Below are positions 1 through 10,411 of a stretch of DNA of 64,000 bases, piece by piece. How positions within the stretch are numbered: position 1 is the first letter of the stretch; every line of letters begins with the position of its first letter. The position numbers and the translations under genes were made by a program. Source of the DNA: an uncultured Gammaproteobacteria bacterium (GTDB lineage: Bacteria > Pseudomonadota > Gammaproteobacteria > JAURND01); NCBI GenBank assembly GCA_963714975.1, contig CAVQQD010000002.1:544001-608000 (forward strand), in the 5' to 3' direction. The notes under the pieces are model-generated. The model was not told where the DNA came from, made no database searches, and worked only from the letters and a program-made list of their open reading frames with translations.

Positions 1-2
1 GC

Positions 3-905
3 TTTATTTATGATTTTTTATTTAGTCGCATCCATGAATCTTTGGCGCAAAAAGAGCAAGTCACCGCTGGAATTTCTGCTATAGCCGATTCAATATTCGC
101 GCCAGAACCATGGGGGATGCAGCATCAATTGCAGATTAGTGAAGCAAAAGCAGACTACTTAGCGTACCAGGAAATCCCCCCTACCCCTCTTTTTCAAAGG
201 GGGGGCGATAAAATTCCCCCCTTTTTCGAGGATGGGGATCAAGAAATTCCCCCCTTTGAAAAAGGGGGGGTAGAGGGGATTTCCTGCAGTTTAGCTCCCA
301 GCCCCGTGCGGGAACGACTTGAGGGAGCTCTAGGCTATGCTCTTGGCCAATTACATGGCATCTTCATCCTAGCCGAAAATCAACAAGGCTTAGTGATTGT
401 CGACATGCACGCCGCTCACGAACGTATTTTGTATGAAGAATTAAAGCTAGCTCATCAGCGCGAGAAAATTGTGCGCCAAACCTTGTTAATTCCACTGACT
501 TTATCATTGACGACGCGAGAGGCGGACTATGTGCAAGAACAACAAGCTTTGTTTGCTGAGCTTGGGTTTGAACTCGAGCGAATTAGCCCAACGAGTTGTA
601 TTATTCGCCAGGTTCCTGTGTTATTGAAACAGGTGGATGTTTTGCAGTTAATCCGTGATGTGATAGCAGATTTTCTAACTCTGGAGAAAAGCCAGCGCAT
701 CGAACAACAATTCCATAAAGTTTTGGCGACTATTGCCTGCCACAGCTCGGCACGGGCTCATCGCCGTCTTACCCTCCCGGAAATGAATGCACTGTTGCGG
801 CAACTGGAACAGACCGACCGCAGCGGTCAGTGCAATCATGGCCGTCCTACGATCAGGCAGTTTTCCCTGGAAGAATTGGATAAGTTATTTTTAAGGGGAA
901 GATAA
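3..905 (+). CDS. mutL: DNA mismatch repair protein MutL, C-terminal part (5' end outside window)
   Basis: Frame open from base 3; DMHAAHERILYE endonuclease motif, ACH and CNHGRPT motifs, ends LFLRGR. Confidence 0.97.
   Translation, partial: FIYDFLFSRIHESLAQKEQVTAGISAIADSIFAPEPWGMQHQLQISEAKADYLAYQEIPPTPLFQRGGDKIPPFFEDGDQEIPPFEKGGVEGISCSLAPSPVRERLEGALGYALGQLHGIFILAENQQGLVIVDMHAAHERILYEELKLAHQREKIVRQTLLIPLTLSLTTREADYVQEQQALFAELGFELERISPTSCIIRQVPVLLKQVDVLQLIRDVIADFLTLEKSQRIEQQFHKVLATIACHSSARAHRRLTLPEMNALLRQLEQTDRSGQCNHGRPTIRQFSLEELDKLFLRGR
168..286. repeat. Palindromic element (~38-bp inverted arms) inserted in frame in the MutL linker
   Basis: caggaaatcccccctacccctctttttcaaagggggg (168-205) is the inverted copy of cccccctttgaaaaagggggggtagaggggatttcctg (249-286). 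Confidence 0.9.
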
Positions 906-920
906 CACGAGCGCGTTTGA

Positions 921-2090
921 TCACTGGATTAAACTAAAAATTTTTGCAATATTTTTAAAATTTACCAGATGAAAATCCTCAATTTGCTGTTCGTATTCTC
1001 CGGTATAAATTAAAAAACCAGTAGGGCAGCGGTCATTGACTAATTTTTTAAAAAACCGCAGATTTTTTAATAACGCGGGATGAAAAGTTTGGGTAGATTT
1101 AATTTCAATGGGTATTAGTTGATGACCGACTTTTAATATGGCGTCTACTTCGTTGTGATGGTTGTCTCGATAATAATAAATTTCTGGTTCCATCGCATGA
1201 TTCAAGCGAAATTTGATCAATTCTAAGATGGCTAAATTTTCAAATAACGGACCACGCAGCGGGTCACGATCCAGTTGCTCGGGTGTTTGAATACCTAATA
1301 AATAGCTGGCTAAGCCTACATCGGTGCAATAAATTTTTGGGGACTTAATTATTCGTTTACCAAAATTTTCAAAATAGGGCTGAATTCTAACCATGAGATA
1401 AGAAGCTTCTAGTACAGATAACCAATTTTGGATTGTTTTATGGGCTACGCCTACATCATTGCCCAAGCTTTCCAGATTTAAAATACTGCCAATTCGTCCG
1501 GCGCATAAGCGCATAAACCGCTGAAATTGCGTTAAATCTTTTACATTAATAATTTGTCGGACATCTCGTTCCACATAAGTTCGTACATAATTTCGATAAG
1601 CGAAGCTGGGCTCAAGATCTGAGGCATAAATACGGGGGAAAAAACCTTTAATTAACAGTTCTGGAAAGGAAAGGGATTGAATTGGTTTTTGTATCTCATC
1701 TAAGCTAAGTGGCAGTAAGTCGAATAAGGCAGCACGGCCTGCCAGTGATTGACTGATCGCTTCTTGCAAAATCAATTGATGGCTGCCCGTTAAAATGAAC
1801 ATGCCTGCTTTTTGCTTTTGATCGACAATGGATTGGATATAAGAGAGTAAAGTAGGAACCCGTTGAATCTCATCCAGAATTGCACCTTCTGGGATACTAG
1901 CAAGAAAATGTCGAGGGTCAGCTGCAATTAAAGCCCGAGTGTCAGGCTCTTCTAAATTGAAGTAGGGCTTATGGGGAAATAAATACCTTACCAGGGTAGT
2001 TTTACCCGATTGCCGAGGTCCCATTAATACAATCGCAGGGTATTGCTGAAATGCTTTTTGGACTGCGTCTTCAATTGTTCGCTTAAACAT
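921..2090 (-). CDS. ATP-binding protein, AAA_14 + DUF4143 family
   Basis: GPRQSGKTT Walker A, LDEIQ Walker B, ILTGS, KSPKIY..DVGL, C-terminal EVD...IEIK; ATG 2090 preceded by GGAG. Confidence 0.92.
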   Translation of the reverse strand: MFKRTIEDAVQKAFQQYPAIVLMGPRQSGKTTLVRYLFPHKPYFNLEEPDTRALIAADPRHFLASIPEGAILDEIQRVPTLLSYIQSIVDQKQKAGMFILTGSHQLILQEAISQSLAGRAALFDLLPLSLDEIQKPIQSLSFPELLIKGFFPRIYASDLEPSFAYRNYVRTYVERDVRQIINVKDLTQFQRFMRLCAGRIGSILNLESLGNDVGVAHKTIQNWLSVLEASYLMVRIQPYFENFGKRIIKSPKIYCTDVGLASYLLGIQTPEQLDRDPLRGPLFENLAILELIKFRLNHAMEPEIYYYRDNHHNEVDAILKVGHQLIPIEIKSTQTFHPALLKNLRFFKKLVNDRCPTGFLIYTGEYEQQIEDFHLVNFKNIAKIFSLIQ

Positions 2091-2247
2091 TACCACTCCG
2101 TACAAAATTAGAACTCAAGTGCTAAAATTGTACAGATTGGGTTGGGAAATACAACTTTTTAGTGATGTTACACACAAACTCCCTTGGTTAATACTCTAAT
2201 TTATGGTAAATTTTATAAAATTTATTTATTAATGAGGAATTTAGGCA

Positions 2248-3380
2248 TGAGCGAAGATAAAGAGACTAAAGAAAATAAAGAAACCAGGGTTGAGCCAGAG
2301 GGTGGAGAATTACTGAACCAGTTGAGTAATTTGGATTCAGTCACGCAGGGGGTGCTTTTCGAACAAATGGGCCAATATTTAACTCCCAATGATCAGAAAG
2401 AGTTAAGTGAGGTCAATCATAACTTTCATGACAATCATCCTTTCCTGCCAACTACGTATGAACAGCTAGGGCTAAGCGATTCTGAAATTAAAATTCCTTC
2501 ACATGAACGTTCCAATATTCATCAAATTCTCACTGCCTACTTTAAACACTGCAATTTCGGAACTGAACCACGACCTGATCAAATAGCTGAGCTTTTAAAA
2601 GATGAAAACTTAGGTGGCAAGTTGGCTGTTTTTTGTAGTAAAAATTGGAAAATGGCCCATCTGGTTTGCAAAACTCCCTATTTATGGAAAAAATTACCCC
2701 CCAAAGAGCGAGAAGAATTGCAGCAAGCTATTACTTGGCAAAGTAGTTTAGCTGGCGGTCTAGGCGCTGCAGGCTTAGGTTTGTTAGGTGTGGGTATTTC
2801 AGGGGCTATGATTTTTGGGTTCGAACAATTCTGGGAAAGAGTTGCTTTACCTGGGCTAAGTGCTCAGGTTAATGGCAAACTTCTTAATGATCCTCAATTG
2901 TTACAAGATGTTGCTTGGGTTTTGGCTCTTGTTGTTGTGTTTTTTATATCCACGATCATGCAAGCTTCTGAGAAACCAGAAACAGGTAAACAGGGGGCGC
3001 CAGCTGGGCCTACTATAGCCCCCATACCTTTTGCCTGGTTTACCTATTTATATGATTGCTTTTGCTTTGGTTGGAAGCATGGCCATAAAGTTCTTAATGC
3101 GACAAATGCAGATAAACTCGTTAGCTATGGGATGTTTGCGCCTAGTCAAGGGGATGGGTTTGCTGCTCGAATGTTGCCAATTTGTATGTTGGCGCAGAAG
3201 TATCAACAAAATATGGAAGCCAAACCAGAAGCAATGCTACCTGCAGCTTCCTTTTGGTCATCGGCGCCTACGCCACCGGTTGACGACCGGGGGGAGGGAA
3301 TTGAATTTGCTTTTAGAGATCCTAATAGGGATGCTAACGGGGGCGAACAGGCTCCTTTGCTTGTCCCTTGTCAATCTTGA
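2248..3380 (+). CDS. Hypothetical membrane protein with N-terminal F-box-like motif (candidate effector)
   Basis: Long ORF, 2-3 hydrophobic helices, LSNLDSVTQGVLFEQMGQYLTPNDQKELSEVNHNF motif; start uncertain (2184-2248). Confidence 0.7.
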
Positions 3381-3559
3381 GCTCAGGGGAAGAGGGGACT
3401 TAAAAAATTGATTGAAAATGCACTTGCGTAAACGTTAAGACACTACCGATGCTCACACCTTGTTCTACGACTTCTTCGCGTAAGCTTACAATTTGTTCTC
3501 CCAGTTTTTTAATAGCATCGTTGACAGCGCTGATTAAATTGCTCACGAGGGTTGAGAAT

Positions 3560-3607
3560 CAATTTTCCTGGAAAATTGTTGACAGTGTTTAAAAAATTCT
3601 GCATCCT
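3560..3607 (+). promoter_or_regulatory. Putative sigma70 promoter with adjacent palindromic operator
   Basis: caattttcc-t-ggaaaattg (3560-3578) abutting TTGACA-17-CATCCT, 6 nt before ATG 3614. Confidence 0.5.
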
Positions 3608-3613
3608 GGAGCC

Positions 3614-4792
3614 ATGCTTATTCATCGCCTATTAGAAAATGCTCTGCTTAAATATCTGGGAAAAGGTAAGAGCATTTTATTGTTGGGGCCGCGACAAACT
3701 GGCAAAACCACTCTAATTAATCAATTATCTTTCACTCGTCTGATTTCTCTAGCCAATCCTCAAGAACGCTTGCGCTATGAAAAGCAGCCTGAGCTGTTAA
3801 CCGCGGAAATGGAAGCTCTTGCGGCAGCAAGTGCAGGTCAGCGTCCTTTAATTGTCGTTGATGAGATACAAAAAATTCCGTTTCTGCTGGATGCTATTCA
3901 AGATTTAATTGATAGAAAGATAGCGCAATTTGTTTTGACAGGTTCATCAGCAAGAAAGTTGCGTAAAGGCACGCAGGTTAATTTATTACCTGGACGCGTT
4001 ATTCCGTTACGCTTAGATCCTTTATTACAAAGTGAAATACCAACGGAATTGTGTGAACTCAATCATTTGATTTTAGATGGTTGTTTGCCGGAAATTGTGC
4101 TGGAAAAGGATGCGCAGATGCGCGAGACTTTGCTTGATGCTTATGTCACTATTTATCTCGAGGAAGAAATTCGTGCTGAGGCTCGTGTGCGAGAATTAGG
4201 CCTTTTTGCTCGCTTTCTTGAACTTGCGGCATCTGAATCAGGTAAAATTGTTAATCTCAGTAAATTATCGCAAGAAATTGGCGTCTCACATTCAACCATT
4301 GCAGGGTATTATCAAATACTTGAAGATTGTTTAATCGTAGAACGCATTGAGCCTATCACCACGAGTAAAGTTCGCAAAAAATTATCCCGATCTCAAAAAT
4401 ATTTATTCTATGATTTGGGGGTCAGGCGGGTTGCTGCTCGTGAAGGGAGGCGCTTATCTCGCGATCAATTAGGACATTTGTTTGAACAATATGTCGGATT
4501 AGAGCTAATTAAGTTATTACGCTTATCATATCCTCGTTTTGTTCTCAAATATTGGCGCGATCCTGGTGGACCTGAAGTGGATTGGGTCGTTGAGACGGAT
4601 TCGGGGTATATTCCTATTGAAATTAAGTCTACCACTGCACCTGGAGTTCAAGATGCCAAGTATCTGCAGATTTTTTTAAATGAATACCCGCAAGCTAAAC
4701 AAGCTTATATTATTTGCCAAAGCCCACATCCGATGAAAATTGCGAGCAATATAACAGCTTTACCCTGGCAACGCCTCGCGGAGATTTTTTGA
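3614..4792 (+). CDS. ATP-binding protein, AAA_14 + DUF4143 family
   Basis: GPRQTGKTT, VDEIQK, LTGSSARKL, KYLFYDLGV, EVDWV..PIEIK. Confidence 0.92.
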   Translation: MLIHRLLENALLKYLGKGKSILLLGPRQTGKTTLINQLSFTRLISLANPQERLRYEKQPELLTAEMEALAAASAGQRPLIVVDEIQKIPFLLDAIQDLIDRKIAQFVLTGSSARKLRKGTQVNLLPGRVIPLRLDPLLQSEIPTELCELNHLILDGCLPEIVLEKDAQMRETLLDAYVTIYLEEEIRAEARVRELGLFARFLELAASESGKIVNLSKLSQEIGVSHSTIAGYYQILEDCLIVERIEPITTSKVRKKLSRSQKYLFYDLGVRRVAAREGRRLSRDQLGHLFEQYVGLELIKLLRLSYPRFVLKYWRDPGGPEVDWVVETDSGYIPIEIKSTTAPGVQDAKYLQIFLNEYPQAKQAYIICQSPHPMKIASNITALPWQRLAEIF

Positions 4793-4796
4793 ATGG

Positions 4797-4868
4797 ATCC
4801 TGACCATTCTGACACCAATTCCGTTTTGGTCATGACTAAAACGGAATTGGTGTCAGAATGGTCAGGAT
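4797..4868. repeat. 72-bp near-perfect palindrome (36-bp arms, no loop, one mismatch)
   Basis: atcctgaccattctgacaccaattccgttttggtca|tgactaaaacggaattggtgtcagaatggtcaggat. Confidence 0.95.
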
Positions 4869-4879
4869 GATATTATCAT

Positions 4880-4906
4880 TTGAAACTCTGAGCAGGATCC
4901 CCATAT
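4880..4906 (+). promoter_or_regulatory. Sigma32 (RpoH) heat-shock promoter of clpB
   Basis: TTGAAA-13 nt-CCCCATAT matches the sigma32 consensus, upstream of a known heat-shock gene. Confidence 0.85.
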
Positions 4907-4945
4907 TATGGTTAATGAACTTAACTCTTGAAATCGGAGGAAATA

Positions 4946-7538
4946 ATGCCACGACTAGATAAATTCACCACCTCATTTCAAAATGCCATCATGGATGCCA
5001 AATCCATGGCGTTAGGCTTAGATAACCAAGTGATCGAACCCTTGCATCTAATGAAAGCTTTACTCGAGCAAGAGGCAGGAACAGTGCCGGCTTTGTTAGA
5101 ACAAGCAGGGGTCAATCTTAATCAATTCCAAGCAAAGCTACAGCAAGCATTAGATCGTGTACCCAAAGTGGAGGGAGCTGGCGGTGAATTAATGATTTCT
5201 CATGAATTAGATCGCTTGCTGAATGTGATGGATAAATTAGCGCGAGAGCGAAATGATGCTTTTATTGCTTCTGAACTTTTTGTAGTCGCTGCTCTCAAGG
5301 ATCGAGGTGAATTAGGGCGAATTCTGCGAGAATCAGGCGCCAATGAAGCAGCGTTATTAAGCGCCATTGATAAAATTCGAGGAGGAGAGCGAGTGGAAAA
5401 TCCAGAATCTGAAGGTCAACGTCAAGCCTTGGAAAAATATACGATTGATTTAACTGCCATGGCGAGAAAGGGTAAATTAGATCCAGTCATTGGTCGTGAT
5501 GCGGTGATTATGCGCGTGATTCAAGTGTTGCAACGTCGCACTAAAAATAATCCCGTGTTGATTGGCGAACCTGGGGTGGGTAAAACAGCTATTGTGGAAG
5601 GATTGGCGCAGCGTATTGTCAATGGTGAAGTTCCTGAGGCGATGAAAAATAAACGCATTTTGGCCTTAGACATGGGTGCATTAATTGCCGGGGCGAAATT
5701 TCGTGGTGAATTTGAAGAACGTTTAAAAGCGGTGTTAAAAGATTTAGCCAAACAAGAAGGCCAAATTATTTTATTTATTGATGAATTGCATACGATGGTG
5801 GGGGCGGGAAAAGCAGAAGGTGCCATGGATGCAGGTAATATGTTAAAACCTGCTTTAGCACGAGGTGAATTGCATTGTGTTGGCGCGACCACATTAGATG
5901 AATATCGCAAATATATTGAAAAAGATGCAGCGTTAGAACGTCGTTTTCAAAAAGTATTAGTGGATGAACCCAGCGTTGAGGATACCATTGCTATTTTGCG
6001 TGGCTTAAAAGAACGTTATGAAGTGCATCATGGCGTAGAAATTACTGATCCTGCCATTGTCGCTGCGGCCACCTTATCGCATCGTTATATTACTGATCGA
6101 AATTTGCCTGATAAAGCCATTGATTTAATGGATGAAGCAGCCAGTCAAATTCGCATGGAAATTGATTCCAAACCGGAAGAAATGGATCGATTAGAACGAC
6201 GCTTAATTCAATTAAAAATTGAACGCGAGGCTTTGAAAAAAGAAAAAGATGAAGCCACTAAAAAACGCTTAGAACGATTTAGAAACAGAAATTCAAGCAA
6301 ATTAGAAAAAGAATATGCGGATTTAGAAGAAGATTTGGAAAGCAGAAAAAGCCAGCTTGCAAGGCACGCAGCAAATTAAAGAAGCACTGGAACAAGCGCA
6401 GTGTAGAATTAGAAGCTGCACGTCGTGCCGGTGATTTAGCGCGCATGTCGGAATTACAATATGGCCGTATTCCTGAGTTAGAAAAACAATTAGCGAAGCT
6501 GCCAATTCAGCAGAAAGAAAGGCAACATAAATTATTACGTAATAAAGTGACTGAAGAAGAAATTGCTGAAGTTGTTTCAAAATGGACGCATATTCCTGTA
6601 GCAAAAATGATGGAAGGTGAGCGAGAAAAATTATTGCATATGGAAGAAGCGTTGCATAAACGTGTTGATTGGTCAAGATGAAGCGATTAAAGTCGTTTCT
6701 AATGCGATTCGCCGTTCGCGCGCTGGGTTGTCTGATCCTAATCGACCCATTGGTTCTTTTTTATTTTTGGGCCCCACCGGTGTTGGTAAAACTGAATTAT
6801 GTAAGGCCTTAGCTGGATTTTTATTTGATACTGAAGAGGCGATGGTGCGTATTGATATGTCTGAATTTATGGAAAAACATTCGGTGGCGCGATTAATTGG
6901 CGCGCCTCCTGGTTATGTAGGTTATGAAGAAGGTGGTTATTTAACCGAAGCAGTGCGTCGTCAGACCTTATTCGTGTGATTTTGTTAGATGAAATTGAAA
7001 AAGCACATACGGATGTATTTAATATTTTATTGCAAGTGTTAGATGATGGTCGTTTAACCGATGGTCAAGGGCGCACAGTTGATTTTCGTAATACGGTGAT
7101 GGTCATGACTTCAAATTTAGGTTCGCATTTGATTCAAGAATTGTAGCTGACGAAAGTTATACAGTAATGAAAAAAGCCGTGATGGAAATTGTTAGCAAAC
7201 ATTTTCGTCCTGAATTTATTAATCGAATTGATGAAATGGTGGTATTTCATCCCTTGGATAAAGAGCAGATTACCAGGATTGCTGCGTTGCAAATGGAGCA
7301 AGTGCGAAAACGCCTGCAGGAAAAAGAATTACAATTACAGCTTGATGAGCCTATTTTAGATTTCTTAGCTGATGCGGGCTATGATCCTGTTTATGGCGCC
7401 AGACCATTGAAACGTGCCATCCAGCAATATCTAGAAAATCCTTTGGCGCAGGATATTTTGTCCGGAAAATTTTTGCCAGGGGACACTATCGTGGTGAGTA
7501 TGCGTGATCGTGGTGGGTTAAGGTTTGAGAAGGGATAA
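4946..7538 (+). CDS. clpB: ATP-dependent chaperone ClpB (several frameshifts between ~6270 and 7165, probably sequence errors)
   Basis: GGAGG RBS; NBD1 GEPGVGKT, M-domain [17 protein letters not shown]2 [26 protein letters not shown], spread over 4-5 ORF fragments. Confidence 0.95.
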
Positions 7539-7545
7539 GTCCCGA

Positions 7546-8581
7546 TCAAGAAGGAGTACCAGGAATACTTGTCACATGTTGTTCTGGTGGAGATGGTTTG
7601 TCACGTGAGCTATCTTTGGCGACGACAGATGGTGGGCTTTGGCGATGCTTAAATAAATCGGTTAGGTTGTTTATTTTCTGTAGTGCGGGTACAGAAATTT
7701 CCAGGTCAGGCAGGCCTGAGTATTTTATCTCGAGTTTTTTTGGTGATAAATTTTGGGATGCTTCATACTCACGCAGGAGTCTGATCTTTGATTTCTCAAA
7801 TAACACAGCATCAATCTCTGGAATAAAAGGGACCAGGCCGATTAAATTGAGGCTGTCTTCTATTTGCGTCAGGTGTTTAACGATGAGTTTAAATTGTTCT
7901 GGGGTAAATGCTCGGCGAAATTCTGCAACCGCTTTAAAGATTATAAGTCCATAGGAAAGCCAGTCTATATTGTTTTGTGTTTTTCTTTGGTGCATATTTA
8001 TTTTTTTTAAATATTTAGCGCAGAAATAAAAATAATCTGGGTCATGTTGTAATTTTTCACATTTTTTTGTCAAATCATCCAGGAAATGAGATTGTCTATT
8101 TAGAAAATTCTGCCAAGATTCGTTTTGGTTCATCCGATAGGGCTTACTATCAAAGAAAGCAGCTATTTGCTCGAGTTTTTCGTGAAGAGCTTGGAATTGC
8201 TGTAGAGAAAGTGAAGGTGTTAGATCAAAATAGTCAATACCATACTGTTTAAATAAATTACGCAGCTGTCGGGCACTGAAAACATTGGAGATTAGCACTT
8301 TCTCGGTGATATAGGCAATTAACGTACTGTATTTTTCTTTACTTGGTTTATCGGATTCCAGCTCGCTCGCGAGCTTCACAGAGTGCTCTTAAGTAATGAA
8401 AAACGATATAAGTTTCAGACCGATGTTTTTCACTATCATGAGCTAAGGGTTTTGTCAGATTATCAATCCATAATTGGGCTTCATTTAAAGAATAGTTTAA
8501 AGCATTTGCAAAAAAAATAGATTTTGGTTGAAAATCATGAGGATTGATGGTTGGCAAATGGGGAGGTTTTCGTTGTTCCAT
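7546..8581 (-). CDS. Hypothetical protein, apparently one gene split by a frameshift near 8380 (ORFs 8348-8581 and 7546-8379)
   Basis: ATG 8581 with GGAG RBS; overlapping co-oriented ORFs; no recognisable domain. Confidence 0.55.
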
Positions 8582-8601
8582 AGCAATCTCCTGGGTTTCA
8601 A

Positions 8602-8695
8602 GTGTCATCCCGAGCGCAGCGAGGGATCTGTTGTTCATGCCACATTCATGAGAATCCCTCGCTTCGCTCGGGATGACACCGCTCGGGATGACACC
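8602..8695. repeat. REP/RPE-like palindromic doublet, family A (GTCATCCCGAGCG.AGCGAGGGATC)
   Basis: Inverted arms 8602-8628 and 8652-8679 plus one extra 15-bp tail unit gctcgggatgacacc. Confidence 0.9.
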
Positions 8696-10377
8696 TAAGG
8701 GAATTTTCTTAAACTAACATACTTAGGTTCCCAAATTTGCTCGTTGATACAGGTTGCGACATCCGCATAAGTGAGGGTAGCCACGCCGTCTTTTTGGGCT
8801 TGCAATGCAACACAAATGGCAATTTCACGAGCAATTTTTTGTGCATTTTTAAGCGGTGGTAATACCGACCCATGCCTATCTTGATGGATAGGCGCACACC
8901 GATTCAGCGCTAGGCACGCTTCCCACAGCATGTTATCAGTAACCTCCTTGGCTTTGACGGTAATGACGCCTAACCCAATTCCTGGAAATATTAACGCATT
9001 ATTGCATTGAGCAATAGGCCAATCTTGATTTTGGTAATGAACAGGTGGGAAAGGGCTGCCAGTGGCAATGAGAGCTTTACCTTGGGTCCAGTGAAATAAA
9101 TCTTCTGGCGTGGCCTCAACTTTTTCTGTGGGATTTGAGAGCGGAAGAATAATTGGTGTTGCAGTGTGTGCTGCCATGGCTTGTACCACTTCTTTCGTAA
9201 AAGCACCACTTTGCGCAGAACAACCAATCAGAATGGTTGGTTTGATATGGGTTACGACATCATATAATTGTGGCGAAGGCAGCCAATCCACTAGTTCATC
9301 GGCGGGGCGAGCAAAGGGGACTTGGGCTGGAGTTAAATCAGTAATGGTATCTACGAGTAAACCGGGTTTATCAATCAACCAAAAGCGTCGGCGGGCTTCG
9401 CTGTAACTTAGGCCCATCCGCACCATGGCAGCGGTGATTTGATTAGCGACCCCAGTTCCGGCACTACCGCTGCCGAAAATGACAATGCGTTGCTCGATTA
9501 AAGAAGAATCCGTACTTTTAATCGCGGCCAATAACGCTGCCAAGGTGGTCGCTCCTGTGCCTTGGATATCGTCATTAAATGAACAAATATCTTGTTGGTA
9601 ACGGTGTAAGATGCGATTGGCATTATCCCGACCAAAATCTTCCCAGTGAAGAAAAACTTGCGGTAAGTTTTCTTTGACTGCCTGCACGAAAAGCTCGATA
9701 AACTCATCATAAGCTCGGCCGCTAATGCGCGGATGGCGTAAACCAAGATAGAATGGGTCATTGAGTAGATCTTCATTATCAGTGCCAAGGTCTAATAGAA
9801 TTGGCAAAGTTCTTAAGGGATTAATTCCGCCGCAAATCGTGTAAACCATTAGTTTCGCCACTGGAATTAACATCGCACCAACCCCTTGGTCGCCAATGCC
9901 TAAAACCCCGCCGCCATCGCTGACTACAATCAAATCCACTTCAGGATTACTGCGGTTCATTAAAATTTCTGGGATACGAAAACGGTCTGCATAGGAAATA
10001 TATAAACCACGAGCTTGCTGAAATTCACGGCTAAATTTTTTAATTGCCGTGCTGACAGTTGGAGTGTAGACGATGGGAATCATCTCTTCTTCATGATGTT
10101 GCATCAACTTGTAAAATAACACTTGATTATAATCATGGAGCTTGTTGAGAAAGATATTTTTTTGCAGTGGTGTGGTATAAGTTTGATATTGCAAATAAGC
10201 ACGTTGTACTTGTTGCTCTAAAGTTTCTATTTGTGCCGGTAATTTTCCAGTAAGATTAAACAGACTGCGCTCTTCTTCGGTAAAAGCGGTCCCTTTGTTT
10301 AGTTGTGGTGTGGTCAATAAAGGCTTGCCACTGAGAGAGGTTTCAATCCAATTTTTTTTAATTTTAAAATTCAGCAT
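8695..10377 (-). CDS. maeA: NAD-dependent malic enzyme
   Basis: LNKGTAFT, PIVYTPTV, LGIGDQG, FNDDIQGTG, GSGSAGTG, PLSNPT, QCNNALIFPG. Confidence 0.96.
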   Translation of the reverse strand: MLNFKIKKNWIETSLSGKPLLTTPQLNKGTAFTEEERSLFNLTGKLPAQIETLEQQVQRAYLQYQTYTTPLQKNIFLNKLHDYNQVLFYKLMQHHEEEMIPIVYTPTVSTAIKKFSREFQQARGLYISYADRFRIPEILMNRSNPEVDLIVVSDGGGVLGIGDQGVGAMLIPVAKLMVYTICGGINPLRTLPILLDLGTDNEDLLNDPFYLGLRHPRISGRAYDEFIELFVQAVKENLPQVFLHWEDFGRDNANRILHRYQQDICSFNDDIQGTGATTLAALLAAIKSTDSSLIEQRIVIFGSGSAGTGVANQITAAMVRMGLSYSEARRRFWLIDKPGLLVDTITDLTPAQVPFARPADELVDWLPSPQLYDVVTHIKPTILIGCSAQSGAFTKEVVQAMAAHTATPIILPLSNPTEKVEATPEDLFHWTQGKALIATGSPFPPVHYQNQDWPIAQCNNALIFPGIGLGVITVKAKEVTDNMLWEACLALNRCAPIHQDRHGSVLPPLKNAQKIAREIAICVALQAQKDGVATLTYADVATCINEQIWEPKYVSLRKFP

Positions 10378-10411
10378 TATTATTTTTCACTAGTATCAGA
10401 TTTTTGCCAGG

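Noticed and set aside
2108-2126. CIRCE heat-shock operator (ttagaactc/aagtgctaa)
   Set aside because: Half-sites resemble CIRCE but the required 9-nt spacer is absent and the gene is not a chaperone
3366-3380. CaaX prenylation motif in the F-box-like protein
   Set aside because: The Cys is third from the end (PCQS), not fourth
3400-3550. Minus-strand fragment LISAVNDAIKKLGEQ resembling YbaB/EbfC
   Set aside because: Too short and generic (coiled coil) to assign without a search
6270-7165. Programmed ribosomal frameshifting in clpB
   Set aside because: Too many shifts and no consistent slippery-site or stimulator pattern
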